Positions 1-8,938 are shown, counted from the first letter of the stretch. The stretch is DNA of 36,924 nt from Candidatus Freyarchaeota archaeon (GCA_030587365.2 JAUQZE020000289.1:1-36924); one strand, 5' to 3'. The notes: generated by a model not told the origin, from the sequence alone. Made by a program: numbers and translations.

Positions 1-999
1 GCATGATGGGCAAACCCATAAGGGTAAAAGACAGCTACGAGATAATGCAGCCCATCGAATGGTACTCGAGAGACTATTCTGAGGTATACAGTTTGAGGGG
101 GTGGGGCTACGTCTATGGAGCAAGAAAGGTGCCGTTCAGGGTGATGAGGAGGATTTTTAGGGAGGCTGAGAAGAGGGGCAGAAAAACACTGACCGAGAGT
201 GAGTTGAAGCGGGAGATAATGAGGGAGTGCGGCGTAACGGAGGAGGAGGCGGAAATGGCAATATATGGGGCGGATCTAACGTTTAAGATAAGGGCTTTGG
301 TGAGTCCCCTCTGGGAGATGTGGAGTATGGAGCCGTTCGCTGGGGAGCGGAGGTACTACTGGTCTGGGACGACGGCCGGATACCCGCCGTTTACGTATCA
401 GGACAGAATATTCACGTTGATAACGAGGACGCTTCTGGAGGCTGAGGCTGAGGGGAGGCAGGCGCTAACACATGGGGAGCTTGTCAGCGGGGTTTACAGA
501 AACTATGAGGGGTACAGGTGGAAGCCAAGAGCCATATCAATGAGGGCGCTGGAGCTGGAATTCGTTGAAACACTAATAGAGGACGCAGAGGAATTACAAA
601 TAATAATAGCGCAAAGGGAGAATGGTGAAATAAAGTATAGGTTGAACCACCAAATATTTGATGCAATACAAAAGAGTAAGCAGAAAAAAGGGCCGAAAAA
701 AGGGAAACGAAGGGGAAAAAGGCCTAAAAAAGGAAAACGAAGAAAAGGGAACACAGTCTAGTGTAACTTCAATGTATAATCGCTCGATTCTACCCAGCTA
801 AGCCACTCTACAACTCCCCATTAAGTGAAACAGAGTGATGCAGCTTCACCCGATTCCAACCCTCAAAGCTCCCAAGAACAGAGCTCCCTTAACTGTGGAA
901 CCCAAAATGAGGAGCAAAATTAGGTGAACCCACTTACCTATAGGAAGAAGATGTTGGGCTAAGTGGAATGCTGAACTCGTGTAAATTGATATAGTGAGG
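1..999. mobile_element. Probable right-hand end of an integrated element (virus or plasmid), truncated by the window edge
   Basis: This stretch is visibly richer in G+C than the rest of the window: a hand count of nt 1-120 gives about 50%, against about 35-42% in hand-counted host stretches. Codon usage is AGG/GAG-rich. The stretch ends at the 3' (CCA) end of tRNA-Ala at 1000. No integrase or att repeat lies inside the window. Confidence 0.4.
3..761 (+). CDS. Hypothetical protein with no recognisable family and a strongly basic tandem-repeat C-terminal tail; possibly 5'-truncated by the window edge
   Basis: A 252-aa ORF with protein-like composition. It ends in GPKKGKRRGKR-PKKGKRRKG, two copies of PKKGKRR. 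It is GC-rich relative to neighbouring genes. Confidence 0.55.
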   Translation: MMGKPIRVKDSYEIMQPIEWYSRDYSEVYSLRGWGYVYGARKVPFRVMRRIFREAEKRGRKTLTESELKREIMRECGVTEEEAEMAIYGADLTFKIRALVSPLWEMWSMEPFAGERRYYWSGTTAGYPPFTYQDRIFTLITRTLLEAEAEGRQALTHGELVSGVYRNYEGYRWKPRAISMRALELEFVETLIEDAEELQIIIAQRENGEIKYRLNHQIFDAIQKSKQKKGPKKGKRRGKRPKKGKRRKGNTV

Positions 1000-1100
1000 T
1001 GGTGGACACTGTGGGAATCGAACCCACCGCCTTCTGGTTGCGAACCAGACGCTCTGGGATACCGCTTGTTTGGCGGTATCTTCCACTGAGCTAAGTGCCC
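1000..1100 (-). tRNA. tRNA-Ala(CGC) with a ~24-25 nt intron in the D-loop and an encoded CCA
   Basis: The reverse complement reads GGGCACU-UA-GCUC-[33-nt D-loop region]-GAGC-G-UCUGG-UUCGCAA-CCAGA-AGGCG-GUGGG-UUCGAUU-CCCAC-AGUGUCC-A-CCA. The G3:U70 Ala identity pair is present and the anticodon is CGC. The D-loop region contains the hairpin GAUACCGC-CAAACAA-GCGGUAUC. Confidence 0.85.
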
Positions 1101-1295
1101 TTTTTTTGTTATTTTTTTTCTTCTGCAGGAGTTTTTTAGATTTTTGGATATTTTAGCTTTTCTAGTTTAAATAGTTCATCCCTAAACTATTTAAAGCATT
1201 TTTGCATATGAGTTGAGGGAACAACAGGTTTTGGTTGTGAAAACCTGTGATATCTTAATCGGTTTGGTTTTACAGTTTTGTAGAAGGGCTTTGAA

Positions 1296-3749
1296 GTGAA
1301 CGAACCTAAGCTTAGGAGTAAAAGATGGGATCTGAGTAAGGAGTCGGAAATTTGGGAACTTTGGCAGAAGGAAGAAATCTATAGGTTTAACATGAACAGC
1401 GGTAAACCTATTTTCATTATTGATAACCCTCCCCCATATGTTTCCGGAAGATGGCATGTCGGCGGTGCTATTCACTACGCTGCGATTGATTACATTGCAC
1501 GTTTCATAAGGATGAAGGGGTACGAAGTTCACTATAAGTTTGGCTTGGATCGTAATGGATTGCCTGTCGAAGTCAGTGTGGAGAAAGAGTTTGGGATCAA
1601 GATGAGGGAGACGCCGCGAGAGGAATTCATCGCCAAGTGTAAGCAGTACCTTGATAGGGTTGGAGACTCGATACTGAATATTTGCAAAAAACTTGGTTTT
1701 TCCAATAATTCTTGGAAGTGGGAAGAAATATACAAAACGGATCATGAGACTTACAGAGCTCTAACGCAGGAAACGTTTATTCAACTGTGGAACGAAGGGC
1801 TAATCTATGAGGATGATCGGCCAAACAGCTGGTGTACAGATTGTCAAACAGTCATAGCTGACGCCGAAGTAGAACGTAGAGAACAGGTTACTACACTTGT
1901 CACAATTAACTTTAAGGTTAAGGAAAGCGGAGAAAATCTGCCTATAGCCACCACTAGACCTGAACTGATATGTGCCTGTGACGCGGTTCTAGTTAATCCC
2001 GAGGATGAAAGATATAAACAGTTACATGGAAAAACAGCAATTACGCCCCTCTACAATAAGGAAGTACGCATTATTCCGCATCCCTCAGCCAAACCAGAAT
2101 TCGGTACGGGGGCGCTCATGGTTTGCTCTTATGGAGACATTACCGATTTGAGACATTTTAGAGAATTAAACCTTAAGCCAACATTTTCTATTGATAAAGA
2201 TGGCTATATGACTGAAGCAGCTGGTAAATACAGGGGCATGAAGGTTGAAGAGGCAAGGAAGGCTATCATTAACGATTTGAAAAGACAAGGGTTATTAGTG
2301 AAGGAAGAAAAAATCATGCAAAGCCAACCGATATGCTGGAGAAGTAAAACGCCTATAGAATTCGTGGGTATGAAAGAGTATTATCTTAAACAGGTGGACT
2401 TCGTTGAACCATTAAAGGAGATAACCGAAGATATCATCTGGCATCCGCCTACTGCAAAGAAGCTTTGGCTTGATTGGCTGAACTCAATCACTATGGACTG
2501 GCCCATATCTCGTCGGAGATACTATGGAACAGAAATACCCGTATGGTACTGTAAATCATGTGGAGAACCACACCTACCAAAACCCGGAAAATACTATCAA
2601 CCATGGAGAGAAAAAGCGCCGTTCGATAAATGTAAGAAGTGTGGCTCAACTGAGGGATTCATAGGAGATGAACGCACACTAGACACTTGGATGGACTCCT
2701 CAATCAGTCCTCTATATATATTAAAATACCCCCATGCATCAAATGATACTGAGTTCTTCGAAAGAGAAATCAAAAGGGATTATGTATCAGACCTCCGACC
2801 TCAGGGAAGAGACATAATAGGGACATGGCTTAGTTACTCGCTACTCCGAATATATCAACTCTATAAAAAACCCGCGTTTAAACACGTTTGGATAAGTGGC
2901 CATGTAGTAGACGCTGAAGGAAGAAAACTATCAAAAAGCCTCGGAAATGTGATTTATCCAGAACCACTCATCGAAAAATATGGCGCAGATGCAGTAAGAC
3001 TATATGGGGCGATGGCAAGTACATTAGGCTCCGATATCAGATTTGATGAGAAACGTCTAGGTGGAATCAGCAGATTCATAAACAAACTGTACAACATAGC
3101 TAGATTTATATCCACATTCCCAGAGCCTAAAGAAGACGAAATAAAACTCTCAGCTACAGACAAATGGATAATATCAGAACTAAACAAACTAATCCAAAGG
3201 GTAAATGAAAGCTATGAAACATTTGACTTCCATATTGGAGCCGAAGAAATATATAATTATGTATGGAACATTTTTGCAAGCCATATAATAGAAATGGTTA
3301 AAACTAGGGCTTATAACCGAAATCAAGACTTTACAGAAATAGAGCAAAGAAACGCAGAATGGACGTTACATCAGTGCCTCAAAACCATACTGAAACTACT
3401 TGCACCAATTACGCCCTTCGTAACAGACTACATATGGAGAAGCATCTACAGCAAAGAAAGCATACACATACAAAAATTTCCAGAAGCCGACCCTAGACTA
3501 ATACTAACCGAAGACCCGACTCCCATAATAATGAAAACGAACTCCGCAATTTGGAAAGCCAAGAAAGACGCCAACATATCTCTAAAACAACCCATAGAAT
3601 ATGCGAATCTACCAAAAGAACTAGAGCCATTCGCACAAGACCTAAAACAAATGCACAACATAAAACAAGTCACATTCATGGATCAACCCAAACTAAAAAA
3701 TGTAAGGACCTATCAAGTTGAAGGAAAAGAAATCCAACTCAAAATCTAA
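1296..3749 (+). CDS. valS: Valyl-tRNA synthetase (class Ia aaRS), GTG start
   Basis: 817 aa. Rossmann-fold start PPPYVSGRWHVGGAIHY (HIGH-like), CP1 editing-domain motifs (TTRPE..., EFGTGALMVCSYGD), WPISRRRYYGTEIPVW, TLDTWMDSS, and the KMSKS-type loop GRKLSKSLGN typical of ValRS. Confidence 0.8.
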   Translation: MNEPKLRSKRWDLSKESEIWELWQKEEIYRFNMNSGKPIFIIDNPPPYVSGRWHVGGAIHYAAIDYIARFIRMKGYEVHYKFGLDRNGLPVEVSVEKEFGIKMRETPREEFIAKCKQYLDRVGDSILNICKKLGFSNNSWKWEEIYKTDHETYRALTQETFIQLWNEGLIYEDDRPNSWCTDCQTVIADAEVERREQVTTLVTINFKVKESGENLPIATTRPELICACDAVLVNPEDERYKQLHGKTAITPLYNKEVRIIPHPSAKPEFGTGALMVCSYGDITDLRHFRELNLKPTFSIDKDGYMTEAAGKYRGMKVEEARKAIINDLKRQGLLVKEEKIMQSQPICWRSKTPIEFVGMKEYYLKQVDFVEPLKEITEDIIWHPPTAKKLWLDWLNSITMDWPISRRRYYGTEIPVWYCKSCGEPHLPKPGKYYQPWREKAPFDKCKKCGSTEGFIGDERTLDTWMDSSISPLYILKYPHASNDTEFFEREIKRDYVSDLRPQGRDIIGTWLSYSLLRIYQLYKKPAFKHVWISGHVVDAEGRKLSKSLGNVIYPEPLIEKYGADAVRLYGAMASTLGSDIRFDEKRLGGISRFINKLYNIARFISTFPEPKEDEIKLSATDKWIISELNKLIQRVNESYETFDFHIGAEEIYNYVWNIFASHIIEMVKTRAYNRNQDFTEIEQRNAEWTLHQCLKTILKLLAPITPFVTDYIWRSIYSKESIHIQKFPEADPRLILTEDPTPIIMKTNSAIWKAKKDANISLKQPIEYANLPKELEPFAQDLKQMHNIKQVTFMDQPKLKNVRTYQVEGKEIQLKI

Positions 3750-3795
3750 TAGAAACCAAAAGTCTTGACCTACAGGACCGAAGCGGAGAATCTAA

Positions 3796-4329
3796 TTATA
3801 GCATATACTTCTCATACAACCTTTTCGCCATTAACTCAAAAACATCATCAACTTTTTCTCCAGTCTTAGCTGATGTCTCAAAAAATTCTAAACCTAACTT
3901 GGAGGCCAATTCAGCCCCCACAGCCCTAGAAATCCGTCTATCATTTTTTAAATCCGTCTTATTCCCGATAAGGAAACAAGGAATGTTGCCACAAATACTC
4001 ATAACATCATTATGCCAATTAACAATATGCTCGAAGGAAGCTGTATTGGTCACATCAAAGACAATGAAACATCCGCGGGCGCCACTCAAATAAAATCTAC
4101 GTAAAGTCCTATATTGTTCTTGTCCTCCCAAATCCCAGCAAGCCAACTTGATGGCTTTCCGCTTATTATCGTCACCCTTGAGTTCAACAACCTTAACGGC
4201 AAAATCTGTACCCAGTGTGGGAATGTAACTTTCGACGAATCGCCTTTCCGTATATCTTATTAGTATCGAGGTTTTCCCCACATTTGCATCTCCCACCAGG
4301 ACCACTTTGTACATGAATTCTTCAGTCAT
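3796..4329 (-). CDS. Rab/Ras-like small GTPase
   Basis: All five G boxes are visible: G1 GDANVGKT, G2 YIPTLGTDF, G3 WDLGGQE, G4 NKTD, G5 ETSAK. There is no C-terminal Cys prenylation motif. Confidence 0.85.
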   Translation of the reverse strand: MTEEFMYKVVLVGDANVGKTSILIRYTERRFVESYIPTLGTDFAVKVVELKGDDNKRKAIKLACWDLGGQEQYRTLRRFYLSGARGCFIVFDVTNTASFEHIVNWHNDVMSICGNIPCFLIGNKTDLKNDRRISRAVGAELASKLGLEFFETSAKTGEKVDDVFELMAKRLYEKYML

Positions 4330-4441
4330 TGGTGCTTCCTCAGATTGTTCTTTATTTAGGAATTTTATTTTTCATTGTGATGTTATTTATCGTTGAACTT
4401 TTAATAATTTTCCTTTAAGTTTTGGTATTTTTTTAAGAGTT

Positions 4442-5272
4442 TTATTTTTGATTTCTTGTTAGTTCTTCTATTCTTTTTTTGGCGGGTGTATTGAGGGATA
4501 ATAGTCTTTCCGTTAAGTATTCAAATGGTCTTACGTATGTGGGGTTTCGGATCCATATTCCTAGGTCGTAAACTAGGAGTGGTTCCCATTTTCCTATGAA
4601 GGTGACTAGGCAGTCTTTGCCGTCTGCTATATATGTTCCTATGGGGATTTCTCCGAGAGTCCAGTGGTATATAGTTCCGTTTTGGCTTAGTTTTTGGGCT
4701 ATTTCTAGGGTGTTTTTGTCAATTTTCCATCCCGCGATAACTTCTACTTTTTGTTGGACTTTTTCTTCCAGTATTTTAAATATTCTGTTCGGCTCTTTGT
4801 CCGATTTCGTGAATGTGGGAGTTATTATGGAGTGTATATTGTTTCTTGCTCGTTGCAGTATATCTTCTATTATTTCGTTTATTCTCTTTTCTCCATCTAT
4901 TAACCAAGCAGTGGGTACTCTTCCTGGTGCTACGACTTGCCCTTCTTGGAACCATTTCTTAAGGTTCTGAGCATATTGTTCTTTATTTTTCAGGTCTTTT
5001 TCCACATCTGCGAGAACTATGTCGGGAGGGACTGCGGAGTAAAGCGGGGCGCGTTTTACAGCTTCTCTTTCTGCGTATCCTTTTCTTATTAATTTTTTCA
5101 GAACTGCATAGACGTTTGGTCGGGGCACTCCTGAGAGGTTTGATAATTGTGTGGGGTTTAGAGAGCCTTCAGTTACCAGTGTTATGTAAACTCTAGCCTC
5201 GTAGTCAGTGAAACCAATTTTTTGCATAAGGTCTAGTACCTTTTCTTTTTCTACTGGACTCATTATACTCAC
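4442..5272 (-). CDS. TrmB-family transcriptional regulator
   Basis: The N-terminal wHTH (GFTDYEARVYITLVTEGSLNPTQLSNLSGVPRPNVYAVLKKLIRKGY) matches the TrmB signature. A C-terminal effector-type domain follows. Confidence 0.75.
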   Translation of the reverse strand: MSIMSPVEKEKVLDLMQKIGFTDYEARVYITLVTEGSLNPTQLSNLSGVPRPNVYAVLKKLIRKGYAEREAVKRAPLYSAVPPDIVLADVEKDLKNKEQYAQNLKKWFQEGQVVAPGRVPTAWLIDGEKRINEIIEDILQRARNNIHSIITPTFTKSDKEPNRIFKILEEKVQQKVEVIAGWKIDKNTLEIAQKLSQNGTIYHWTLGEIPIGTYIADGKDCLVTFIGKWEPLLVYDLGIWIRNPTYVRPFEYLTERLLSLNTPAKKRIEELTRNQK

Positions 5273-5683
5273 ATCGTACCTTTAAACTGAATATATTAAT
5301 TAGAGAGAAGGTTTGGGACTGGTAGTGGATTTAAAGATGGTTTTTAGAATGATTTTATCCCCTTCTGAAACGAAACTTGTAGTAGGTTGCTACTTTCTAG
5401 AATATGCTTATTTTTCGGTAATTTAAGTTTTTCTGTTGCATTAATACATCATTATAGGGAATTTATAGTTTTCTTTTTATATTTATTATGATGAATTATA
5501 TAGTTAAGTTATTTTGGACACTATTAATTTCTATCTTATGCAAACCAAAATATTTATGTAGTAGAACAACAAAAATATAGATAGAAATATTTGTAGCTTA
5601 GCTACATTATTATTTCCCCCTACCAACCCAAAAAATGCCCCCACCACCATCAAATAAAGGAGACCCCCAAACGACAAACTCCC

Positions 5684-5711
5684 GGAGGAGAGAAAAAATC
5701 TTCTCTCCTCC
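5684..5711. repeat. Perfect 11-bp inverted repeat (hairpin) in a C-rich tract of a 670-bp intergenic region
   Basis: GGAGGAGAGAA (5684-5694), loop AAAATC, TTCTCTCCTCC (5701-5711). It lies downstream of the aRF1 gene on the minus strand. Confidence 0.6.
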
Positions 5712-5949
5712 CATCACTCTGTCAAACCCCTAATTTTTTGGGGGGAAAGCACTCTTTTTATCACTGAACCAATATAAAGTATACTATTTTTGGAGATAAA
5801 CTTCTTAGCCCCAATTTTCCAGTAAAAAGTCTAGGAGTGTCCATCCAGTTAGGGGCGAATCTCGTTGTCTGTCTCCGCAAAAGTAAACGCTAAAACTAAA
5901 GGCATTATCCTATAAGTTCCAAAGGCTTACAAAATTATTATCATGTACG

Positions 5950-7230
5950 TCAATTGTTGAGATTGTATCGTAGTAGTGCTGCGATGCCGCCGAATGCTTG
6001 TTTTAGCTGTTGTCCCTCTTCTGTCTCTGGGGATATTATTTCTACATTGGCTCCTGTTTGCTCGGCGAGTTCACCTAATTCATCGATTAAGGGTATTACC
6101 TTTTCGATAGATAGCAGGGAGCTGGCACAGTTTGGGCAGCTTCGGCTCTGAATTTGCTGCTCTAAAGATGGCAGTTCACTCTTTTTAATTGTCAATTCTT
6201 CTTGGTATTTGCAGTTAGGACAACTAATTATGACACGTAGTATGTCAAGTTCTTCAGATAGCAGTAAGGTGTCTACTGCTCCTTGGTTAAGGGCTTTTCG
6301 AACTTCCTTTTCTCCGTAGGCTACTAAGCTATCGTCTTTCACTAGCTGAGTCAGAAATTTTTGCACTAAAACTTTCTCTTCGGAGTATCGAATGTTTTGG
6401 AGTAGGTCTTGGGATTTATCAATTAGTTCGTCGATTCCGGAGCTTCCAGTATATGCTAGATCAACCACGCCTCGAATGACGTTCTTTAAACGATAGTCGA
6501 GGTAGCTGCTTTCGGCAAATTTATTTTTTGAGGGGCCAGGGCCTCCTATTATTATGCCTTTTAAATCTGGGATTTGGAGGTAAAGTTCATTGGCGTAATC
6601 TCCAGCTCGTTTAAAGAATTCATGGCCTGCCTGTTCAATTAGTCTTTCAAATCTTCTTTGTGATTGTCCCCCTGCGTGGTGTTTTCCTGGAGCTCCAGAA
6701 GTAATTTTTTTGAGAATTTCCAAATGGTTTCCTTTTAGAATGGCAAAATCTGCTTCAGATCTATCAATCACTATGAGTCCATAGGTGTCTTTTTCAACCA
6801 GCATTTCCTTAAGGGGATCTAAGAAAAATTTACTATCACAGTGGTATTTGTAGATTTTAATAGGTTCAGGTGGAACAATGGTGGTCAGCTCCATTCGCTC
6901 TGTGCCCTGACCATTAGTAGGAATCGCACCACAGAAAATGACTAGACCAGTAGGTGGAGGTCTGGGCACGTTTTTGAGCAGAGCCAGAATTTTTTGAATG
7001 GCATCCATCACGTTTTTCCTAGTGGATTTAGACTTAATGTTGGAAGCAGTTCCATACTCTTGTTTTAGGTAGTTGGTAACATCGCTGATTTGCCTGTCTG
7101 GGGGTATGTATAGGGAAACCAGCTCAGTATGATAACCTCTCTTTTTTTCTAGAGCCTCCAACTGCTGTTTTAATTTGTATTTTTCAAACGATGACCTTTT
7201 TTTCTGCTCCTGTTGCTCCAATACTGACAC
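5950..7230 (-). CDS. prf1: Peptide chain release factor aRF1
   Basis: NIKS motif (TASNIKSKS) and GGQ motif (HHAGGQSQRRF). The C-terminal domain carries a CxxC...CxxC mini-insertion. Confidence 0.95.
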   Translation of the reverse strand: MSVLEQQEQKKRSSFEKYKLKQQLEALEKKRGYHTELVSLYIPPDRQISDVTNYLKQEYGTASNIKSKSTRKNVMDAIQKILALLKNVPRPPPTGLVIFCGAIPTNGQGTERMELTTIVPPEPIKIYKYHCDSKFFLDPLKEMLVEKDTYGLIVIDRSEADFAILKGNHLEILKKITSGAPGKHHAGGQSQRRFERLIEQAGHEFFKRAGDYANELYLQIPDLKGIIIGGPGPSKNKFAESSYLDYRLKNVIRGVVDLAYTGSSGIDELIDKSQDLLQNIRYSEEKVLVQKFLTQLVKDDSLVAYGEKEVRKALNQGAVDTLLLSEELDILRVIISCPNCKYQEELTIKKSELPSLEQQIQSRSCPNCASSLLSIEKVIPLIDELGELAEQTGANVEIISPETEEGQQLKQAFGGIAALLRYNLNN

Positions 7231-7579
7231 CTTCTACATTGTAATTTGATTAAAAACAAGGGGTAACCCCACAATTTTTAGGGTGGTAAGCTATGAACAC
7301 ATGAGAGTTCCCTACTCGAAAAGTCAAAGTAGTATCTTTAGTTAATAAAGGTAGATAGAGTTAGTTTATCTAATTTTTGGAATCACCCAACTAACTTTTT
7401 CAAAGGCATGCTAAGCAAATACAATTAACAGTATTAAACCTTTCTTAGCTTCTAGATTCTTTAAGGGGAAGGAGGTTCTTTAAGGAAGAGTCTAATTATA
7501 TAAAGGGGGATACAGCAATATTTAACAAAATATAAAAGAGTTTATTATTCGATTTCAAATTGGAGAGTGATTCAACAAA

Positions 7580-8269
7580 ATGAAGGTTGTACTAAAAATT
7601 GGGGGTTCCTTAATCCAAGACGAATCGGGAAACATTATCTTGGAGAGATTTGCCGAGTATGCCAAAATAATTTTGAAACTCAGAAAAGAGAACATAGACA
7701 TACCAGCTATTATTCTTGGGGGAGGCAAAATAGCGAGAAAGTACATCGAGGCCGCACGTAAACTAGGAGCCCCCGAAGGTCTTTGTGACGAGATTGGAAT
7801 AAGAGCCGCCCAGTTAAATGCTCAATTGATGGTAGGTGCTCTAGATAGAGAGGCCTATCCTACAATTCCAGACACCTTACAAGAGGTAGCTGGTGCAGTT
7901 GCCACGGGAAAAATAGTAGTTGTTGGCGGTTTACAACCGGGACAATCAACTAATGCCGTGGCAGCACTAGTTGCAGAGCGAATAAAGGCAGACATGCTAA
8001 TAAACGTTACAGACGTAGATGGGGTTTACACCAAAGATCCCAAAAAGGATCCAAATGCGAAAAAAATTGATAAAATCACAATCAAGGAAATCCAAAAAAT
8101 AATAAGTGAAAAGGGCTTCTCTGCAGGTAAATACGAGTTATTCGACCCAGTAGCATTAAAGATTCTAGAAAGATCAAAAATTCCTGCATGGATAATTAGT
8201 GGGGAAGACCCTCAGAACATACTGAAAGTAGTTGCGGGTGAGAATATAGGAACAAGAATAGTATACTAA
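7580..8269 (+). CDS. pyrH: UMP kinase (archaeal type)
   Basis: 229-aa amino-acid-kinase fold. Motifs: KVVLKIGGSL, GGGKIARKYI, VVVGGLQPGQSTNAVAA, DVDGVYTKDP. Confidence 0.9.
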   Translation: MKVVLKIGGSLIQDESGNIILERFAEYAKIILKLRKENIDIPAIILGGGKIARKYIEAARKLGAPEGLCDEIGIRAAQLNAQLMVGALDREAYPTIPDTLQEVAGAVATGKIVVVGGLQPGQSTNAVAALVAERIKADMLINVTDVDGVYTKDPKKDPNAKKIDKITIKEIQKIISEKGFSAGKYELFDPVALKILERSKIPAWIISGEDPQNILKVVAGENIGTRIVY

Positions 8270-8286
8270 TCCTAGGTGAACCCGTT

Positions 8287-8565
8287 TTGAGAGAATTAGA
8301 GCAAATTTTCGGTAGTTTAGCTCAAACTCGAGTATTACAGTTCCTACTAGAGAATAAAGGCAAAGCCTTTAACTTATCCGAAATTGCAGAAAACACAAGA
8401 GTAGCCCATAGCACAGTGGGAAGAGTAATAAAAAAACTCCTAGACCAAGATTTAATCGAAGAAATAACAAGATGGAAACAAATGAGAATCGTAAGATTAA
8501 ACAACGAAAACGAAAAAACAAAAATCTTACTAAAGTTCCTAGAAGACATTAAAAAGACAAAATAA
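8287..8565 (+). CDS. Small winged-helix (MarR/ArsR-like) DNA-binding protein, TTG start
   Basis: 92 aa with an HTH-like segment FNLSEIAENTRVAHSTVGRVIKKLLDQDLIEE. It starts 17 nt downstream of pyrH. Confidence 0.6.
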   Translation: MRELEQIFGSLAQTRVLQFLLENKGKAFNLSEIAENTRVAHSTVGRVIKKLLDQDLIEEITRWKQMRIVRLNNENEKTKILLKFLEDIKKTK

Positions 8566-8938
8566 ATTCATGAAGATGCTTCACAAACAAAACCAATAAT
8601 TAATTAAACAATCTGAAAATTGCTTCTGCCGATTGAAAACATTATGTTTATGTATAAGTTAACACATGTCAAAAGGTTTCTTTGAATAATCACCAACAAG
8701 AGGGGTTAAATTAGACAAAATCTAAAAGGCAAACAATTATCCTTCTACACAATATGCAGAATTAAGTTTTACAACATTGTCTACTATGACAGTTATTCTC
8801 CAGTAGGACCCTTTTACCCATTTGAATTGAATTAGTAATAATAAATAGTATTAAAAGAAATGCCGGCAACCCGTTAATACGCTTTAGAGCCAGACTATTT
8901 GAACGTAGAAAAAGCTGGTTAAATAAGGGGAAGAAGCT

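Noticed and set aside
770-835. On the minus strand GAGUGGCUUAGCUGGGUAGAAUCG resembles a tRNA D-arm. It was considered as a tRNA remnant or att duplication inside the GC-rich segment.
   Set aside because: I could not complete a D-stem, anticodon arm or T-arm. The similarity to tRNA-Ala is limited to CUUAGCU plus a few bases, which is too weak to call.
5488-5494. Perfect C-box-like ATGATGA, considered as a C/D box sRNA. A similar GTGATGA occurs at 25105-25111.
   Set aside because: No CUGA D box or C'/D' pair lies at an appropriate distance downstream. A single heptamer is expected by chance in AT-rich DNA.
5600-5665. G-runs on the minus strand, considered as a G-quadruplex motif.
   Set aside because: At least one spacer exceeds the usual 7-nt loop limit, and the runs are irregular. 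There is no basis for a specific claim beyond the C-rich tract already reported.
6127-6222. CPNC...CPNC zinc-ribbon-like insertion in the C-terminal domain of aRF1.
   Set aside because: To my recollection (unverified), comparable Cys-containing mini-domain insertions occur in many archaeal aRF1 proteins, at the position of the eRF1 minidomain. It is probably an ordinary family feature.
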